Positions 1-29,726 of a DNA stretch of 64,000 nt are shown here, piece by piece (positions within the stretch are counted from its first letter, which is position 1; every line of letters begins with the position of its first letter). Origin of the DNA: Bugula neritina. Taxonomy: Eukaryota; Animalia; Bryozoa. The DNA lies in contig OZ037766.1 of NCBI GenBank assembly GCA_964035545.1, positions 20,882,767 to 20,946,766 of the forward strand, written 5' to 3'. The notes below the pieces were generated by a model. The model did no database searches, was not told the DNA's origin, and was given only the letters and a program-made list of their open reading frames with translations. The position numbers and the translations under genes were made by a program.

Positions 1-428
1 CTTGTTCCCGACTGCACAGACTACAACTATAACATAATATTATATAAGACACATTATTCTTGGTATTGGAGTAAAGAGTTTCCGAGTTTTTGCTTTAGCT
101 TATTAAGTTGGGTCATACCTAGCATAGGGCAGTCTAATAAAGCTGTATAAAGATTTGCAAGTACATAGTTTTGTGGAACGGCCTGTAATCCAATCTCAAC
201 CAGCGATCACATCTCAACCAGCGATCACATACCGCCAGTTGTCAACTATAACTTCCTCATAGTATGTCAACTTTGTACTAAAACTCTGGTATGGCAAATA
301 GAAAGGAAATCTAACCATCTTGCTTCTGCCAACTTCACAGTAGCTTAATATTACTAAGTAGTAGAAAAAAGGCAGCTTCTAAGAGATTAAATGAAACAAT
401 TATTATATACGACATACTTGATATAAGG

Positions 429-3400
429 TTACAATAAAGTACTGAGTTTTATATGCCCCAGCATGTCAGCAGTCAGGCAGGTGTCTGTTTCTCCATAAGC
501 CCAGTCGACTGATACGACAGGTGCCCTGTGTACACCTAGAACCATGTTAGCTTTGGCTTCACCATCTATAATCTGTAAGAATAAAAGTCACATAATCAGC
601 AAACTCCTTACAATGCAGCAGCTCTAATTAGAAACAGACTACACATCTAATATATAAAGCAAAATTACAAAAAATCAGCCCAATTAAAATACTACAGTGC
701 AATTAATGGTACTTATGCAAACCCATAAAGGCTATTTCTAAACTCTAAAGCATCAATACTTTTAAATCACAGCTAGTAAAATCAAACATAGTAGTAACTC
801 ACCTTGTATATTATAGCGCTGTTTTTATGGCAGGTAAGGAAATGTGTGTTTGTAGGGTTGAGTGAAAATATTTTATCTTTGGGTGTCTGTATTTGCCTAT
901 GATTAGGTGTTGATGAGAAGACGTAAGGCCCTGCAGCTCCGTCGTGAACAGGAAATGATTGTACCAGTCTACCACTCACCAAACCCCACTGTGACACCTG
1001 CATAAGATATACATATGCAGGTGATGGCAAGTGTTATTTATTAGTTGACAAGTGGCCACAAGTACTCAACGAGTTAACAAATGCAAAAATTAAGACTAGA
1101 CAATGAGTTGGAGCAAGAAAGACAGAGCAGGATAATTAAGGAAAAGTATTAAACAAATTGCAAGATTTGAATCCAAACAATCTTCCCAATAAAAACTTAA
1201 TAAACACATACTATATTGTCACTATCCATTGTATAGCAGGATTGGTAATCATGGGAAAGTTGCATACAATATATCTTTCCAGAGTGGGCCTTCCAAACTT
1301 TGGTTATCTTTCCTTCTCGTAGATCTACAACATATTTTATCTTAAATGAAAGAAGACAAGACATGTAGATATATTTATATACCACACTTATAATAAATTA
1401 TAGATGATTATATTATAAGATGAAATTCCATCACGCTGGCAATAGTGCTTGAAGCTTATGACTCTAAATAGCCCAACCTTAACAACGAATCTAACCTTAC
1501 CTTACTTTGACCTTACGAATCATACTGTTTTGTCAGTGTTCAACTTTTTTAAAAACATATACCGTAAACAAATAACTAACTAATAGGGGATCACACTGGA
1601 GTGAGAGATGCTAGAGATTTGAGAAGATCTCAGTACCTAATATTTTAAGAGTTCCATTCACACACCCTAGAAGCAAGCGATTCCCATTGTCAAAGTACTG
1701 AACTGACTGTATAGCCTCGTCTTCATGTGCAAACTGAAAAGAGATATAATATCACTACAGCAAATGCCACTTGATGATTGCAACATTATCAGCTGTGGCT
1801 GCCTAGAACTTCAGACTTTGGACATGGTGTGTTTAATATATATTCTGATAATGACTAGCAAATGCAAAAATAAAGGAAAAATTGAGCTACCAAAAGAAGC
1901 AGGAGGTCATAACAAATTTCAGACTACAAGTTGTTCACAACTAGTGATTATTTTTTGTTATGTATGCTTTGAACTTGCTGTGTATGCATATCAAACAATT
2001 ATGGTGTTGCCCTATTTCTAATATTAGATGTAGAGTGTGGGTTGTGGATGCCGATTTTGATAACAAATCATGATCATTCAAAATAAGATGTCTGTAAGTA
2101 TGTGACAAGATAACACATTTGTTTCATTTAGGCAAATTGTGCTTACATTAACAATCAACAAGATTAACAGCTTTCATCCAACTATATCTTAACCAGGAAA
2201 TTAAAAGAAGAAAATAAAATTTTGAATAATCAACAAGCTGGTATATGTAATTATATAACAAAGAGCTTACAGAGTGTGGTGAGGACAACTTCTTACAACG
2301 CTTAAAATGCCGATGGTACTACTTAGCAGAGCTATACTAAACAGCAAGCGTGAAAAACCCACACAAACTGAGCTCTTCAAGAATTACGTGGAGGAGGAAT
2401 ATTTTATTGCTGCTCGATTTCAGCTTTGAAGCAGTAGTGCAGACTTGAATAAAGTAACACCATTATCCCAATACATTAAACAGCCATAATTTTATTGGCT
2501 CCACCCTGAAAAACTTTTGGCTTGTAAACTACATAAAAAAATGTCTCAACACTTTTAATATATTTTTTACTACCAACAGAAGCTATACAGCCAAACATAA
2601 TTATCACAGTAATTATACATTAGCCTAGTGACCTAGTCAGTTAGAGGTGACACAATAGGGGTGCAACAGTAGAGCTCACGCACCTCTTTCTCGCCACTTT
2701 CAATATCCCACGTAGATATACTACCAGACGTAGTGCCGTTAACTAAGGTAGAACATGCAAAGCTGTTTCCAAACTCGTCAACTGACATATCCGAGAGTCT
2801 AAAAACCAAAAACTGTATGCGAGAAACATGAAACTAGTATGTAAACAAAGACAAAGAAGGTTGGGAATACAACAGATACAGCTGGATAATATTCAGAGTG
2901 CAAGTTCTGTAGAGCTGAACAGTTTCTGGTAATTAGTAATTTTCTTCTCAAACATCAACCACAGGGTAGAAACTCACTTGGTGTTGGAGACTTCTTCTGT
3001 AATCAGGATTTCTCGCAGAGACCGTTTTGTGGTCAGTTCAAATGTTTTGACTGAACCCGGTTTACTACCGATCAGTAACTATAACATAGCAATAATGGAG
3101 AGTTCACAATACAACCAACTGCTACTTAGCAGGTACAGCAGCTCAGTGTATATAGTGCACTGCTATACACACAACAGGTATCTTTATACATTCTCCAAGA
3201 GGTTACATAATATCCAATGTTTGGGGCATCCTTTTTTACAGTTTCACTGAAACTTGCACAGCTCTCATTAATGTGGAATAACACTTTTAATAGTATTATC
3301 TTCACTTAGCACTAAGATGAATCCAATAGCACACCAGAAAATGGCAGCATATCAAGTTGTAAAACGTGATGCCTTTTGCTGAAACTGCTAACTTGTATTT

Positions 3401-6400
3401 AATTCCTTTCTCTACTACAATATTTTTAACAAGTTGCTTGTATACTGCAAAAAACTTATTGGAGTGTTTCCCCAGCTAAATTAAGTTTCTGATTAAAAAG
3501 TATACAGGCATAAATTGACTTTAAATCATTTGAAAAATCTATTAGTATAAACAATAAAGTTGGAATACACGTTTGACAGAAAGGACAAACAAGTAGACTA
3601 ATAGGACATGTATATAAACGCATATGAGTGTGTATGAACAATGCATGGCAATGAATGTGTAAGCAGACGAACAAAAACTTACCAAATTATCAGACTTGTC
3701 AGCAAATTCTAGACTCAGCACATGGTTCTTTGAAATGACCGTCGCAATGGTAGAAGGGATGGCAGTTTTGGTCCACACTCTATACAGAGAGAAAGAGTGC
3801 TAATAAACAGCTAGTAGATAATAGAATCAAGCTAAAATGTTGAAAAGAGAATACAAAGTAAAGGCAAATACAGTGGAGAAAGAAACCGCATAGTAGTGAT
3901 ACTGAAGAAGACATTAGTATAGCAAGAGTAAATCACTGGAGAAACAGCAGACTGATGTAATAATATCATAATAACTTACTTGACAACCCCGTCAATATCT
4001 GCACTAGCTATAACGTTGCCACTGGGACTAAACTTGGCATGAGTTACTGAATTGCTGTGCTCATTATACGCATGGTATCCGCTCACCATAAAATCTGCTA
4101 TAGAAATATATTATTATAAAAAGCCCAAGACTTTGCAATTACAGGTTTACTTATATAAGTACTCCTATAATGTGTAACGAAATGATTGTCACTAAAAATT
4201 AAGTAAAATGTTTTTGACCTCGAAATAGAAACATTATACCAAAGTTTATGGGGGAGGGAGGCATATTTTAAATCTTTATGTAACCATTTTCAACAGTTAA
4301 GATTGCTGGTGGACTTTTCAACATCCTGTCGAGAATACTGATGGTGGACAAACGCATATAGAAAGTTGGATATATTTGCAGATACACAGATAGACATACA
4401 TGTATACATTCTATTAATATAGATATGGTAATAGACAGTTACCATCAGCTGTAGCTAGAGTTATATCACTAACAGAGTTATCTTCCCTTGAAGAGCTGGA
4501 ACAGTCAGAGTAGGAGGTGGCTGTTGAGGTAGCAGCATGACTAGACTATAAACAGCACACAGTATACATTAAGTATACAAACTTACACACAGTACACATT
4601 AAGGATACAAACTTACACAAAGTATACATTAAGGATACAAACCTACACACTAGCAGGCAAATAGGGATACTACAGTAAAATCGACACAGATGCAAGGACC
4701 GCAGCAATTAAAACATTTACAGAATATATTATAACTACTTATACTAATCGGACATCAAAAATCCAGTGAAATGATTGGCTCTCACTATACAAGGTCACTA
4801 ACTTAGGCAGGATTGACCAAGAAATATGAGGGAACTTCCAATAGAGCATATACAAACGGAATACTAGAGGAATACCAACTCGATTGTTAGAAGAAGCAAA
4901 CAACTCCTGTCTCATCTCTTGATGATCGGCAGCGGAGAGCCTCTTTGCTTTGGCAGCAGCTGAGGTAGATGAGACGTCACTGGAAGACATCATTGAAGAG
5001 GTTCTGGAGACATCCAGGCCGTGTGCACCACCGGTCGTAGGTGGAGCCAGTGTAGATGTGGTAGATGTGAAGGTCTTGGCTTTAGTACGGCCAGCTAACA
5101 GAATTAACTTTAGCATGTGACATGACTTCACTGCATGATCATTCTGCATACAATTTATTACTCAATTTACTGATTCAATAACCCATCACATTTATCAGTG
5201 CAAAAAAGGAGAGATTTTGTGCCATTTCATAGAAAAAGTAAAAAAAGATAGGTGAAGCATTAGACAAGTGAATAACAAACCTAAAGCAGAGTGCTGCCCT
5301 TTCACTTTGGCAATACCTTTCGCCACGATTGACTTTTTAGGTTTCAACAAGTTGGGATCTTCTAAAGTAATGCTTCTAAAAACAGAACAAAGCAATAACA
5401 TGAATATATGCACAATATAGCAGGGAAGAAAATCAAGGGAGCAGCCGTGGTATAGGGGTTATAACGCTGACTTAGTAGACACAATGCCATGGATTCAAAT
5501 CCCAGTAACAGCAGTTGGTGATGTTAGGAAGAGCATCCAGTCATAATTGCTCCTGTGCCCCATCTGAATAAGTCCTTAGCATGATTTAACAAAAATCCCT
5601 TTCCATCAGGAGTTCCTGGTTTTTGGAGTTTTAGGAATGGTGACTGTAAACTTGCGTGATTCTGCGGGAGTTTTTATAGCGGGGAAGTAAATTCGACCCT
5701 TAAATTACATTTGCCAACTATTTGAAAACACTAACAACATAAAACAACTGTCGAAAAACAAACAGGTAATGATAGTAACAGCCTACCTAAGTAAAGACAA
5801 ATAACTCTGTATATGAATCTAATAAACTCCACATGCATAGCAGCAGGCAAATCACTTACTGGGTCAAAGTATAAAAATCGTCTACCAAATCTGTTGAGCC
5901 TCTTAACAGTGCAGCTTTAGATGTCTTCCTTTGCTCCTCCACCTGCAACATACACTAGATTCTTATTTCACATTACCAGATTTATTAATTATTTCAAACA
6001 GCTGTTATGAAAACCTCAACATTTAGCTAAAAAAACTTCTCAAACTTTGCTAGAGAAGTAAAAAGAGTTTTTAAACAGGCTAAGCAGGTAGAGTTAGAAG
6101 AGCCGAACCCTTATAAAGAGACAGGCAGAAATAAACTGACATTGTACTGACCTTGTGACCAGCAGCTGACGTGGGACTTTTTACATCTAGTAATGCAGGT
6201 GTAGGCATAGATTGAAATATTATGCTGATGTAATTGAAGAGTGATAGTTGGATAGCATCTTGCCACGCCTTATTGAAGTATATAGAGAACACCTCATTTG
6301 TCTCTGGATTTCTTATAAACGGTAAAGCTACAGTTTACATGGTGCCTGCGTTACTGACATGCATACATAATTGTTTCAAAGTAAAGGTAACTATACTTAC

Positions 6401-9104
6401 ATTATAAAAATGTTAACATACAGATGCACAAACACATTTTATATAAATAAAGGAATCATAATAAATTACTAGACCAATCGAAAATTTGATTTAATGAATA
6501 GATAATCTAACTGCATACCAAACCAATCTTTCCATTCTGGGTGTTGCTGAAGTTCTACCGCCAACTTGCTGAAGAACTCTGATACTTTGTCATGTCTAAA
6601 ATAAATAAAAAAAGATGTACAAAAAGAAACCAAAAATACAAGGGAATATCAAGTCGAGCAAAGTAAGAAACAAACCTGTTGCTGGACACAGCATGGACCA
6701 CATAGTATCTGAGAACATCAAAATATAATCTCTTTGTGCTGTCATGATATCGCAGCTCAAGACGGGAAAAGACTCTAGAGTTTAAGTATCCCCAGTATTC
6801 TTTAAGGCTGTGCAAGTCAGAGGATGTTATGAAAGATATAAGCTGCTCTACAATAAGATCTGCCTAAAACAAGAACAAAGAGTCATTAACTCCTGATGTC
6901 TATTTAGGCAAATAGTTGTATTAAAATATGTTAGTTTCATCTTGATTAATGTTTTGATACATGCTTATGCCGGAACACACCACAGTTCTAACTAAGCTAT
7001 CACTGCATTGTTAGAGCAGCAAAACTGACTTTTAGATATAAAATGTCACGCATGGCAAATGAACAGCTCAATAATTGCATTAGCAGCTTAGTTTTAGGCC
7101 ATCATGCTAGCTTTGAGCAAAACAAAACAGTAATGACATGAAAAACAACTTTATACATAAATAAAATAAAACACATATTTTCTTTGAGACAAACATGAAC
7201 TTTAATTTTGCTATATCGCTTAGCTATGCTAAGGTACTTCATTGCAGTAATATTTATATAAATAGCTTTTACAACATTGTGTAATGAAAAAAAAAACAAG
7301 TTCAAAGAAACTAACTTTATAGAAATGATCAAATGGCCTCTTAATAAAAAATTGTTTAGTTATTCTCATAATAACTCTAATTTTATTACTGATAGAAATA
7401 TTTTTTGATTGTGGTAATTAGTAATGGCTATTGCAATATAGTCATATGCTATTTTATATAGTTATATGTGAATTTGAATCTATTTGTATTCATTCACTGT
7501 TCAATATAAAAAACTCTCAATTTAAAGAAGCTATATCTATGGACACACCTTTATTATTGGTGTATATGCATTCAGCTGTTCACCCATTTCTCTCAATTAT
7601 ATGCTACTTTTAATTTTCTTTTTATAAATTTTGAAATTTGTAAAGAAATTCATTTAAATTGACACGAGTCACTTCAAATCACCAATTTTTGATTGACCTG
7701 ATCTCAATTCTTTGTCTGTTTGACCAAAACTGAGAGTGAGTGTGACTGCTGAGTTACTCTAATAAATTAAACTATCTCATTCTTAATGATAAAATCATAA
7801 ATTAATCATTAACGATTATTACAAAAGTTATAACGTATGTTAAATTACAATATTTCTAATACTAACAATAATAATAGCACTGGTAAACATCAAATAATTA
7901 TAACTTAGATTCAATGAATTATAAATATAATAAATTCATTTATATTAATCTAAATGATAATGTGGTAAATAATGATAGCATTGATAATAATCATAATATA
8001 AAATTATAATCAGTATAAATATAAACTATCACGTTCAAAGATCAACTACTATCCAATATCAACTTCTAGTAAATCATAAAATTATAATAACCATATTCTC
8101 AAATTTTTATTATTTGTTCTCATAATTATAAGTCGCTATTGGCAATAAATTAAATTTAATTAATAAATGAGAAAACTCTATACTGATAATAATTTGACTT
8201 GGTAACTATGAGTAAGATACGTTAACTTAATGAGTTACAATTACTGTAACTGAGTTACTCAGGTAGACAAAGTGTAAGTTGAAGTAAAAGTTTAAGAAAT
8301 AGAATAAGTTCAAGTTAGACACAGACTAAGATTCAAAGTGGGAGTGTACTGAGTAGCTATCACTATCGATTATCAGTATCACTATAACACAAAGTGAGAC
8401 TGAAAGTAAAGACACTGCGAATGTGACTGTCACTCCAAGTCAATCTGAATCACTCACTCTCAGTGACAGTTGGAGTGACGACTTTGATTTGCCCGACTTG
8501 AAATTAATAATACTGTAAGTGTAACTGTTCGACTTATAGTTACTCTTAGTCTTACTCTTATACTTAGAGTTAGTAACACTTGCTGTCAGTAAGAGTAAGT
8601 GTCACGCATAGTCATACTCATAGTCATACTGAGAGCAAATGTGATACTGTTATTGTTGGTGTTACACTTACAGTTACTGCGTCTCAGTGACAGTCTGATC
8701 ACTGATGTACTTGGTTTTGTACTTGTAGTACTACTAGTAGTAATGGTTGTAGGTGTAGTTGTACTACAAGTACAAGTAGTGAAGTACAACTACAAGACCA
8801 AGTACACGTTGAAGTAGCCTACAGAGTACTGCTACCAGTAACTGTAACTTTAAGTAGACAACTTGAACTTGAAGTGTTGAACTACAAGACCAAGTAGTGA
8901 AGTTGAAGTCCGGGTCATTCTGTCTATGGGTAGACAGTTTTAAGCTAGCAGCGCAAAAAACTATAGTAATAATAACTTTACCCGAAATCCCTTGTCTTTA
9001 TCTGCTTTAAGTTCAGTGTCGAAGTGTTTAGCAGATTGTATAAAACCTCTGAAAACGAGATATTCTTTCACTAATGCATCCAAATTCCCAGAGCCGGAAG
9101 TCAT
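429..9104 (-). CDS. WDR91: WD repeat-containing protein 91, multi-exon. Anchors: exon 1 8982-9104, exon 2 6676-6863, last exon 429-572; internal exon boundaries only partly resolved
   Basis: Exon 1 translates [41 protein letters not shown]. Later exons give [15 protein letters not shown] and EWKDWFALPFI, and the C-terminus reads [13 protein letters not shown]...[17 protein letters not shown]. All match the remembered human WDR91 termini. GT/AG boundaries were checked for the anchor exons. Confidence 0.93.
4554..4650. repeat. 30-bp tandem repeat, ~3 copies
   Basis: CACACAGTATACATTAAG(T/G)ATACAAACTTA repeated. Confidence 0.85.
5437..5676 (+). mobile_element. tRNA-derived SINE, copy 1 (WDR91 intron)
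   Basis: A-box-like TGGTATAGGGG and B-box-like GGATTCAAATCCC; body shared with 24192-24410 and 25190-25391. Confidence 0.8.
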
Positions 9105-9402
9105 GTTGATAAAGTAATTTCTTAAAACCAGCATCTATTGGCTACAGCGTCTGTGACCGACCAATAGTCTCAAGTAAAAATGTAAACAAAAACCTCGTTG
9201 ATGGTGGTAATGTAAATCCGCTAATCGAGGGACTACTTTGACCTGCGACGCGTAGTGATTTCCATATGGTTGTTGATCTGTAAATCTAATGCTACTGAGA
9301 AAGATATTTGATCAGGAAAAATTAAGGGTACTGTCGTCTACTGCGATTCTAAACTAACTGTGATATAATGCTCATATTGTCTTTTGTCACATAAATGTAA
9401 AT
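9105..9402. promoter_or_regulatory. Probable bidirectional promoter shared by WDR91 and CNOT3
   Basis: The two divergent start codons are separated by only 298 bp. The interval is locally CpG-richer and has CCAAT/ATTGG boxes near 9137-9165. Confidence 0.75.
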
Positions 9403-18611
<9,209 letters not shown>

Positions 18612-20439
18612 CAACTCTCCACTTGAACGCCTGTAATTAAGATTTTTCAACACCAATGTGCTTTTTCATCTTGGATGTAGGTTGTTCTTATTTGAAGACA
18701 TACCACAACAACATTGACATATTGTAATATAAATGACATGACTACATGACGCAATGCATTGCTATAGAAATGGTAAATACTGTTCAAATTTGTGCTCCGT
18801 GGTTAAACGGACTTATTAATTATGTACAGATAGACTTTAGTAATATTTTGTGTATTTGATTAACTAAGGTTATTTTTAGAGCTTCATTGTATTGTACACG
18901 ATGTCAGGTCGGCACAGTACCTTTTTGTACATAAACAAGTGTATGTATAAAAAGCTGAAGACCAATAATCAAATATTTTCTGGTGAACATAGCTTAAATA
19001 TTTGTTAGTATTTCCTTTGTAATTCAGCCACTAATTTGTAACAAAACTTTGATGACTTTATTTATCCACAATAAATTTTTCTTACAATAGCTGTTCATTA
19101 AAATAAAAAGTTGTTGTTTTGTTATCTTCAATTTAGACTTGCAAATACCATAACATATGTGGTCACTAATGTCTATACTTTGATAGCTATGCTATATTTC
19201 GCATATAATGAGTATATTCAAATTAAATGTTAATATGTTGTTAAAGTCAAATTGGTAATATCCAACAAATTTGTTGGGCCATAAAATGAGCAAAAGGCAC
19301 CATAGATTTCCTAATGCAAAAAATAATATCCACGTAGTAAACGTCGATCGTTTCAGGTGTTGTCTTCTCATAAATTACATGGACCCGCTGTTGGAACTTC
19401 TGCATCGTTCGTAGCTTCCAGTCGGGGTGACTGAGTGCAATAGTTTGAAGTTCGCGATACAGGTTGAAACTCTCGATTCCAAACTACCTTGTCAATCACT
19501 CCCCCAACTCAGAGCTGCTTATAAAAAGATTCGAAACCTCTAACTGAATCATTAAAAACGTTGGCTAGTAATGAGGAACTCGCTCTAATTTCGTGCTCGC
19601 ACTTTCAATCAAATACGAATCTTGATAGTAAATGTAATACTAATACTAATAGTAATTCTTGAAAATAAAATAACTATAAAATAACTATTAAATTATTAGT
19701 ATTACTATACGTATAATATCAACTGTAAGTATAATTTATAAATAAAATTAAATATAAGAAAGATGAAGTGCTAGCACTAGCAGTCACACTAATACTAATA
19801 TTAATAATAATACTAATATAATATTAATAGTAATACTAATAGTAATAGTAATACTAATACTAATAGTAATACTTATACTAATAGTAATAGTCACAGTATG
19901 AGACTGAGTGAATCAGAATGTCACGGTGTCAGTGTGATGAGTGTGGTAATAGTAATATTAATATAACAATAACTAGAAGTATAACTATAACTATAAGCAT
20001 ATAAAATTAAATGAGTATATTATTATAATTATTATAGTTGTACTATATAGTTTTAGTTTAGAATATTAAATTATTTTAGAGTTTTCAGACTTGGGTATTA
20101 TTATTAAATATTATTATAATTATTACCTTTGAGCTTTGTAGTACTACTACTAGTAGTGATAGTATTACTAAAACCGTATCACTGTATCAGTATGAGTAGA
20201 AACAAGTATAATATTTCCCACACTATTCATGCTGGCGGCGAAACTGGTAAAAATAGTCATGGTCATACATTTACAGTTACACTATAACTATAATATTAAA
20301 TTGAGTACTAATCTGCTATACACTAATAATCATCACCACGAGCATAAGTGATGAGTTATAATGATGGTCACTTAGCCTTGCTTCGTGGATCTTGGAGACA
20401 ATGCAACCAACTGATGTAGTGTGATGAAGTTAATAAGAA

Positions 20440-21830
20440 AAAAACATGAAGTCTTCAAAGGCAGACTTGAAGTACCTTGGTGGAAAGATTATGGATATAG
20501 ATATCAATCAAAAAATATTTTAAGGATACTTTCTATTTTCATTTTTTTTTGGGAAAGTTCTTTTTCACTCTCAATTCTCAAAAAAGCAGCTTAAAAATAT
20601 GAAACAGGCAAAATATATTATATATTAATGATTTAAAGCTCTACGAAAAATTTAAGTCAGAGCTGGAAGCTTTGGTAAACACTACTGGGGTCTTTACAAG
20701 AAATTTTGAAATTAACTTTGGTTTACACTTCGAAAGTGTGCTGCACCAGTTATGAACAATGAAATTGAATTGGAAGATACAGGACTCAATCTGCCTCAAA
20801 AAAAGGTAATCCATCATCTTGGTGAAAAGTAGTATAAGAACCGTAGAGTTCGACAGAGAAAGAGATAAAATAAAATATTGACTGTTGATAAGATGAAAGA
20901 AATGGACAGAGAGAGACAAGGGAGCTTATAACAGTAATTTGTGCACTCTACCTAAGATCGGATGTTGACGGGTTTTATGTTGGCAGGAGGAGAGTAGCAA
21001 AAAATTGAAAAATTTGTGAGAATTGAAATGTACAGCTTTTTCAGAAAACATAAAATACAGATCTATGGGTAAAAATATCATACTGAATAACTTCCTAAAA
21101 GACAAAACGGCAGTAAAACTAAAGAAGGAAAAGTGTTTGGAAGAACTGATGAGGAAAAATGTTCTACTTGTTCAATTCATTAGAAAAGGGAAAAAGTGAA
21201 AACATACTTGTGGAACTGTTTAGAATCTGGTTAGTTGAACAAGTAAACAGAAAGGCTTATGTTTGCTGCTCAAGATTGCGCTCTTTTTACTAGGTGTTTC
21301 AAGGTGGTCATACTTAAAGAAAAAAGCAGCAAGAAGTGCTTGGTCTGTAATGCAAAAGTTGAAGCTGTGATGCCAATACTTATCAAGTGTGAAAACCTAG
21401 AACAAGAAAGATATAAGAAAAGGCATGACCTAATACTTTAATGGTTCAATTGGAGTTGTGTGGGATTCATGGATTTCAAAGGAGCAAAAATTGATTTGAC
21501 CACCGAGCAGAGTCAGTAATAGAAAATGGGAACAAATCTTTTGTGGGATTTCATCATACACACTGGCAAATTCATAAAAGCTAGGAGGCCTGACATTGTG
21601 ATAGTTGAAGGGTATAATGCAGAAACAATAATCATTGATATCATTGACTCTGGTGACTAGGAGTGAAAAAGAAAGAATCAGAAAAAATTAGGAAAATCTC
21701 AGTATTCAACACTAGAACTTACCTATCTTTGGGAATTAATAACAAAAGTCATTCCTATCACAATTGGAGTCCTTTGAGCCACATACATGGCGACTGTAGA
21801 TTGTATGGCACCACCTTTAGTAGCTCAAAA
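20440..21830 (+). mobile_element. Degenerate 3' part of an R4/Dong-like non-LTR retrotransposon (restriction-like endonuclease type); boundaries approximate
   Basis: Fragments KYLG, FAAQDCAL.T...KCLVC...C..L....YKKRHD, LWDF...ARRPDIVI...IID and KKESEKIRK, with many stops and frameshifts. Confidence 0.7.
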
Positions 21831-22658
21831 CAAATAGCAATAGCGATCACCACTATTATGTATATATTATGAGCAACACCACAAAATACTTTAATCCTGC
21901 ATTAATTCGTATTAAATGATAATTATCTTTACGTAAGAACCATAGATATTTTTGTACTTTTCAATATACAAATGCGATATTTAATAGGAATACTACTTCT
22001 TGGCAGCATTTGTAGGATTAGAAAGGTAGATTTTTTTTGTACTAGAAACATTACCTAAAGCTTGATACAGAACAATCAGAAAGCAAAACAATTGATAAAA
22101 CGGGAAGCATATTTAAACCAAAAATTGATTCTTTTTCAACACTCAATGTAACTAAAAGTGCCTCTAAAGCATGATCTCATTGTATTTCATTTGTAAGTAA
22201 ATTTTGAATCTAGTTAAGCTAGCAGTTGACCCTATCTGTCATTACTCTTTGTTTTTTATTTGAAGACTGAAAGATGTTAGCAGAAGCTTTATGGAGTCTA
22301 GTATGGTGGAATAACCTCCAAGGCAAGTTTCAACTGCAATAAGGTGCTGTTTATTGTTTTATGCAGCTGTGCCTCATATATCAACCTTCTTTATAGCCGT
22401 TTTCCTACTTGTTCAAGTATTTGTCTGTTTATTTTCAAAAATATTTCTACGTTAAGTTCTCTAGTATTTTACAAGGTTAACAATTTAAGGGAATCATTTT
22501 CCATGATATTTTTTGGCTTAATTTTGTAGAAATGAAAGCCATTGGCAGTCACATAATCCGTTGAAAGCCTAACCCTAGTTATCCGTTTAATCGCCACTCT
22601 GCTTCAGCGTTGATATAATATTTGTTATAATTTTATTTCAGTGTAAATAGAAAATAGT

Positions 22659-28497
<5,839 letters not shown>

Positions 28498-29726
28498 TGT
28501 AGTCTCTGTGTTAGTCTTCCTAACCTGTGAGGTGCTCATCGCTACAGATGTGGGTGAAAGGGGAGTGGACTGGATGCTGACAAAAGCAGATACTTTTCCC
28601 AGGTTCTTGGTGGGGGGGGGGGGATTTGAAAGATTATAAAGAATTTTAAAAGGAAACATTGCAAGATTGAAATGTTTTCATTATTGAATTTACCAAGAGT
28701 CTGGCCAACTGAATAGAAACAGATGTCCATGTTAATAGATCTATTAACTTTACTCTAAATCTTTACAAGATTATTGAACAGCAAAGCAGCATTATTGGCA
28801 GCAAAGAGCTGGACTGTGTGTATGCAAGATATAGGCAGTCTTTGTTTTCTGGTTTATGACACACAATATGGTTCATTCCATCTTTTTATCCATCATCAAC
28901 AATGGATGTTCAATATAACTTAGGGGTCAAATAAGATAACCTGTTTCCAACAATATCGAGCCTTGTTTGAAATGTGAATAAAGTTGGCCAGTAAACTTAC
29001 TTTGCTAATGTAAACTTCATAATTTTTGTTCAGCCTTTTAGCTGAATCGGGGAGTCTGTATGTGCCTGTATGTGCGAGTGTGTAAAGTATAATTGCACAA
29101 CTAATAAATTCTACAATTTTTAAGATTTTTCTTTTGTATTTTCCACATCAATACCTGACATGAAAACAATAAGATTGAAAATATTGGATATAAGATAAAT
29201 TGAAGTGTAACTGTACATTCTAAATGATTCTCAAATGCAAGATATTTGGTTTCAAGTAAAAAAAGGTATACACAAAGTAATTCTCAAAACAAATTATAAT
29301 GTAAAACGGCATATTAGTTGAGCAAAACATGCTCAATAAAAATAATACTGCACTCTGATTGGCTAACATTCATTTAAATGGTAATTATTGTAGATGAGAT
29401 CAGCTTCACATTAATTCAGCTACCATTGGTATATACTTTTTAAAAAATGTTTATAACTAAAGAATACTCAGCTACAAGAGCATGGCAGGTCTGCGTAGGC
29501 AATACAGAAAATGTACACAGCAGTTAAGACTAAAAGTTAATAAAAACACCTGAGCTATTTAATTCTATAACATGGGATAAGGACTAGTAGCGATATTGCA
29601 CTAGCAGTAAGCCATGCACTACTTGCACAGCGAAGGTTATTTGATAGTGACTAGGTCGGCTATTTAAAGTCAAAATTGCAGTAATTATAAGGCAAGGAAT
29701 ACAGCACTGTTTATGCATGGCTATAG

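Noticed and set aside
5437-5510. tRNA gene (also at 24192 and 25190)
   Set aside because: A/B boxes are present but there is no full cloverleaf; the sequence continues into a shared body with a TSD, so it is a SINE head.
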